Shown in pieces: positions 63,284-64,000 of a DNA stretch of 64,000 bases. Source of the DNA: the human T2T-CHM13v2.0 reference genome, Homo sapiens; NCBI RefSeq assembly GCF_009914755.1, contig NC_060925.1; one strand, given 5' to 3'. Every line of letters starts with the position of its first letter. Position 1 is the first letter of the stretch. A program made the position numbers and the translations under genes. The notes under the pieces are model-generated. The model ran no database searches and was not told the origin of the DNA. It saw nothing but the letters and a program-made list of their open reading frames with translations.

Positions 63284-64000
63284 ATTAGGGGATCCCCCAA
63301 GTGTGTGGGGGACATGGGAGGGAGATATCACAGTATGTACCACTCTCAAGTAGCCACCAATATGATGGTTTTCTTTTCCTCAGGAAGCTCGAGAATGATG
63401 AGTAAAATCTGAGACTTCTGGACAATACAGGACACACACAAATAATGGAAAAGACACTCAAATAAGGTGGAAACTAAGTAAACAATTGAAACGTGGAGTC
63501 AGATGCCACTGACAGCCTAAGAAAGCCAAGTAGCCCAGCTTCCCCATGGGGTTGTCCTCGGCTTTGGTGAGGGGAAGAAGCAGGGTCTGTCCTGGACACT
63601 TGTTCCTGGGCTCAGGGCCCAAGTGTTTGATGCACAGCTTCCCACTCTTTCAATGGAGGTGCACCTATTGTCTCCTCAGCCAAAGACTCAGGATCATGAA
63701 TAACTCATAGTAAACTCACTGGGGGGTTGTAGGCATGGATTTTTTGTAAACACCATAAAAGGTCCTTGATCCAAAAGGCTCTGCACTCAGTGCATTACAT
63801 GTACTTTCTATTCTCCCCAGGCCCTACCCCACCCCTACATCAGCCCATTATAATTCTTAAAGATTTTGTGCTCAAGCCAGGGGCCCGAGTGGGGGCATTT
63901 ACCCTCCATATAGTGCAAACATACACAAAGAACAATTGACCACCATATAACATAACACTTTGTAGGGTTTTCAAGCTTACAAATATCAGACTAATTTTTT

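Noticed and set aside
63365-63485. Strong plus-strand acceptor TTTTCTTTTCCTCAG at 63383
   Set aside because: No convincing donor downstream within the window.

Overview
Primate (human-like) non-coding genomic DNA of moderate GC content, either intronic or intergenic. It is dominated by interspersed repeats: 10 dimeric Alus, 3 FLAM and 1 FAM monomers, many MIR and L2 relics, two short L1PA 3' ends, old L1ME pieces, MaLR/ERVL solo LTRs, and DNA-transposon fossils (Tigger3/GOLEM, MER33, MER3, MER58A, MER5A, MER81). I recognise no protein-coding exon, RNA gene, CpG island or processed pseudogene, and the supplied ORFs look like chance or repeat-derived frames. I cannot support a new gene system here. 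The most notable structure not explained by repeat annotation is: (1) a set of short locally templated copies and fold-back insertions (1957/3475, 19456/20199, 25492/26671, 18103-18162, 34449-34509, plus several tandem duplications); (2) an AT-rich minisatellite of 20-bp perfect palindromes that arose inside a MER33; (3) a tandem STAT5-type GAS pair; (4) candidate non-coding exons, mostly on the minus strand. Repeat family names come from recalled consensus sequences, not from a database search, and boundaries of old repeats are approximate.
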